Part shown: positions 63,502 through 64,000 of the stretch, piece after piece
Numbering within the stretch: position 1 is the stretch's first letter
Layout: the number at the start of each line of letters is the position of its first letter
Assembly: GCA_038496445.1 (NCBI GenBank)
Contig: JALMLS010000385.1
Coordinates: 1 to 64,000 of the forward strand
Origin: Trichosphaerium sp. ATCC 40318
Lineage: Eukaryota; Protista; Tubulinea
Length of the DNA: 64,000 nucleotides
Direction: 5' to 3'
Made by a program: the position numbers and the translations under genes
The notes under the pieces: generated by a model
What the model saw: only the letters and a program-made list of their open reading frames with translations
Databases searched by the model: none
Told to the model about the DNA's origin: nothing

Positions 63502-64000
63502 GTCCAAGTTTTCAAAGAGGTGAGGTGTCTTCAGTGTGGTTGTCAAAATTATGTTAGGTTAGGCTGCTGCACCGTTCAGCATCTATTCAAAGAAATCAGA
63601 GAAAGAGAACTTCCCCAGGCTTTCTATCGAAGTACCTAATACTACCACCATTCTTCTGCGGTTTTACGGGGTTTTTTGCTGATAGTGCTGTTATTATAAG
63701 TTCGCAGGTCTGTGTGAACCAAAAAACCAACGGCTTATTTTTTTTGGAAAAGACAAATTGTAAACTTAACTATTTACTAGAATTCCGCACAACTCCGATA
63801 GTTTATGTCAATAACACTTTGTATTATGAATCACAGTATGTGTGTGTACTAAACCGTAATTAAGTTCTATTTTAAGCTGACTTGTGACAAGTAATAAAGA
63901 AAATATAGTTTATTAAAATGCCTTCAAGGTAGTACTTCTTCTTGATGGAGAAGTAATATACCTGTGCGGTAGCGTCTGTTATACATACAAAATTACGAAG

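Overview
AT-rich, gene-dense eukaryotic DNA with many short spliceosomal introns (mostly about 40-150 nt, donors GTACGT/GTAAGT/GTGCGT, CTRAY branch sites) and the standard genetic code. Gene content (frizzled/smoothened-like receptor, APC7, receiver-like domain, filamin-type repeat, LamG surface proteins) suggests a free-living protist, probably an amoebozoan; this is inference. I reconstructed about 24 genes by manual splicing: GST, RTN4IP1-like reductase, R3H+EEP nuclease, STE20/PAK-like kinase, mitochondrial carrier, MBOAT, reeler protein, S10 carboxypeptidase, GH27 alpha-galactosidase, mucin-like protein, divergent transketolase, APC7, TAF13, and several F-box repeat proteins of a style shared with giant viruses. 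There are also some decayed genes and a two-copy non-coding element. The most striking observation is a roughly 900-aa secreted ORF (29389-32406, minus). In it a reeler domain and a Cys-rich module are followed in frame by a hydrophobic hairpin ending in a second signal peptide. Cleavage there would expose His1 of a copper His-brace LPMO-like domain, which would make it a candidate signal-peptidase-processed cellular polyprotein. Other notable points are a receiver/TQxΦ-array/filamin protein, an R3H-EEP fusion, about 50 CACGTG sites, and recurrent GC-AG introns. All gene models are by-eye and no database searches were run.
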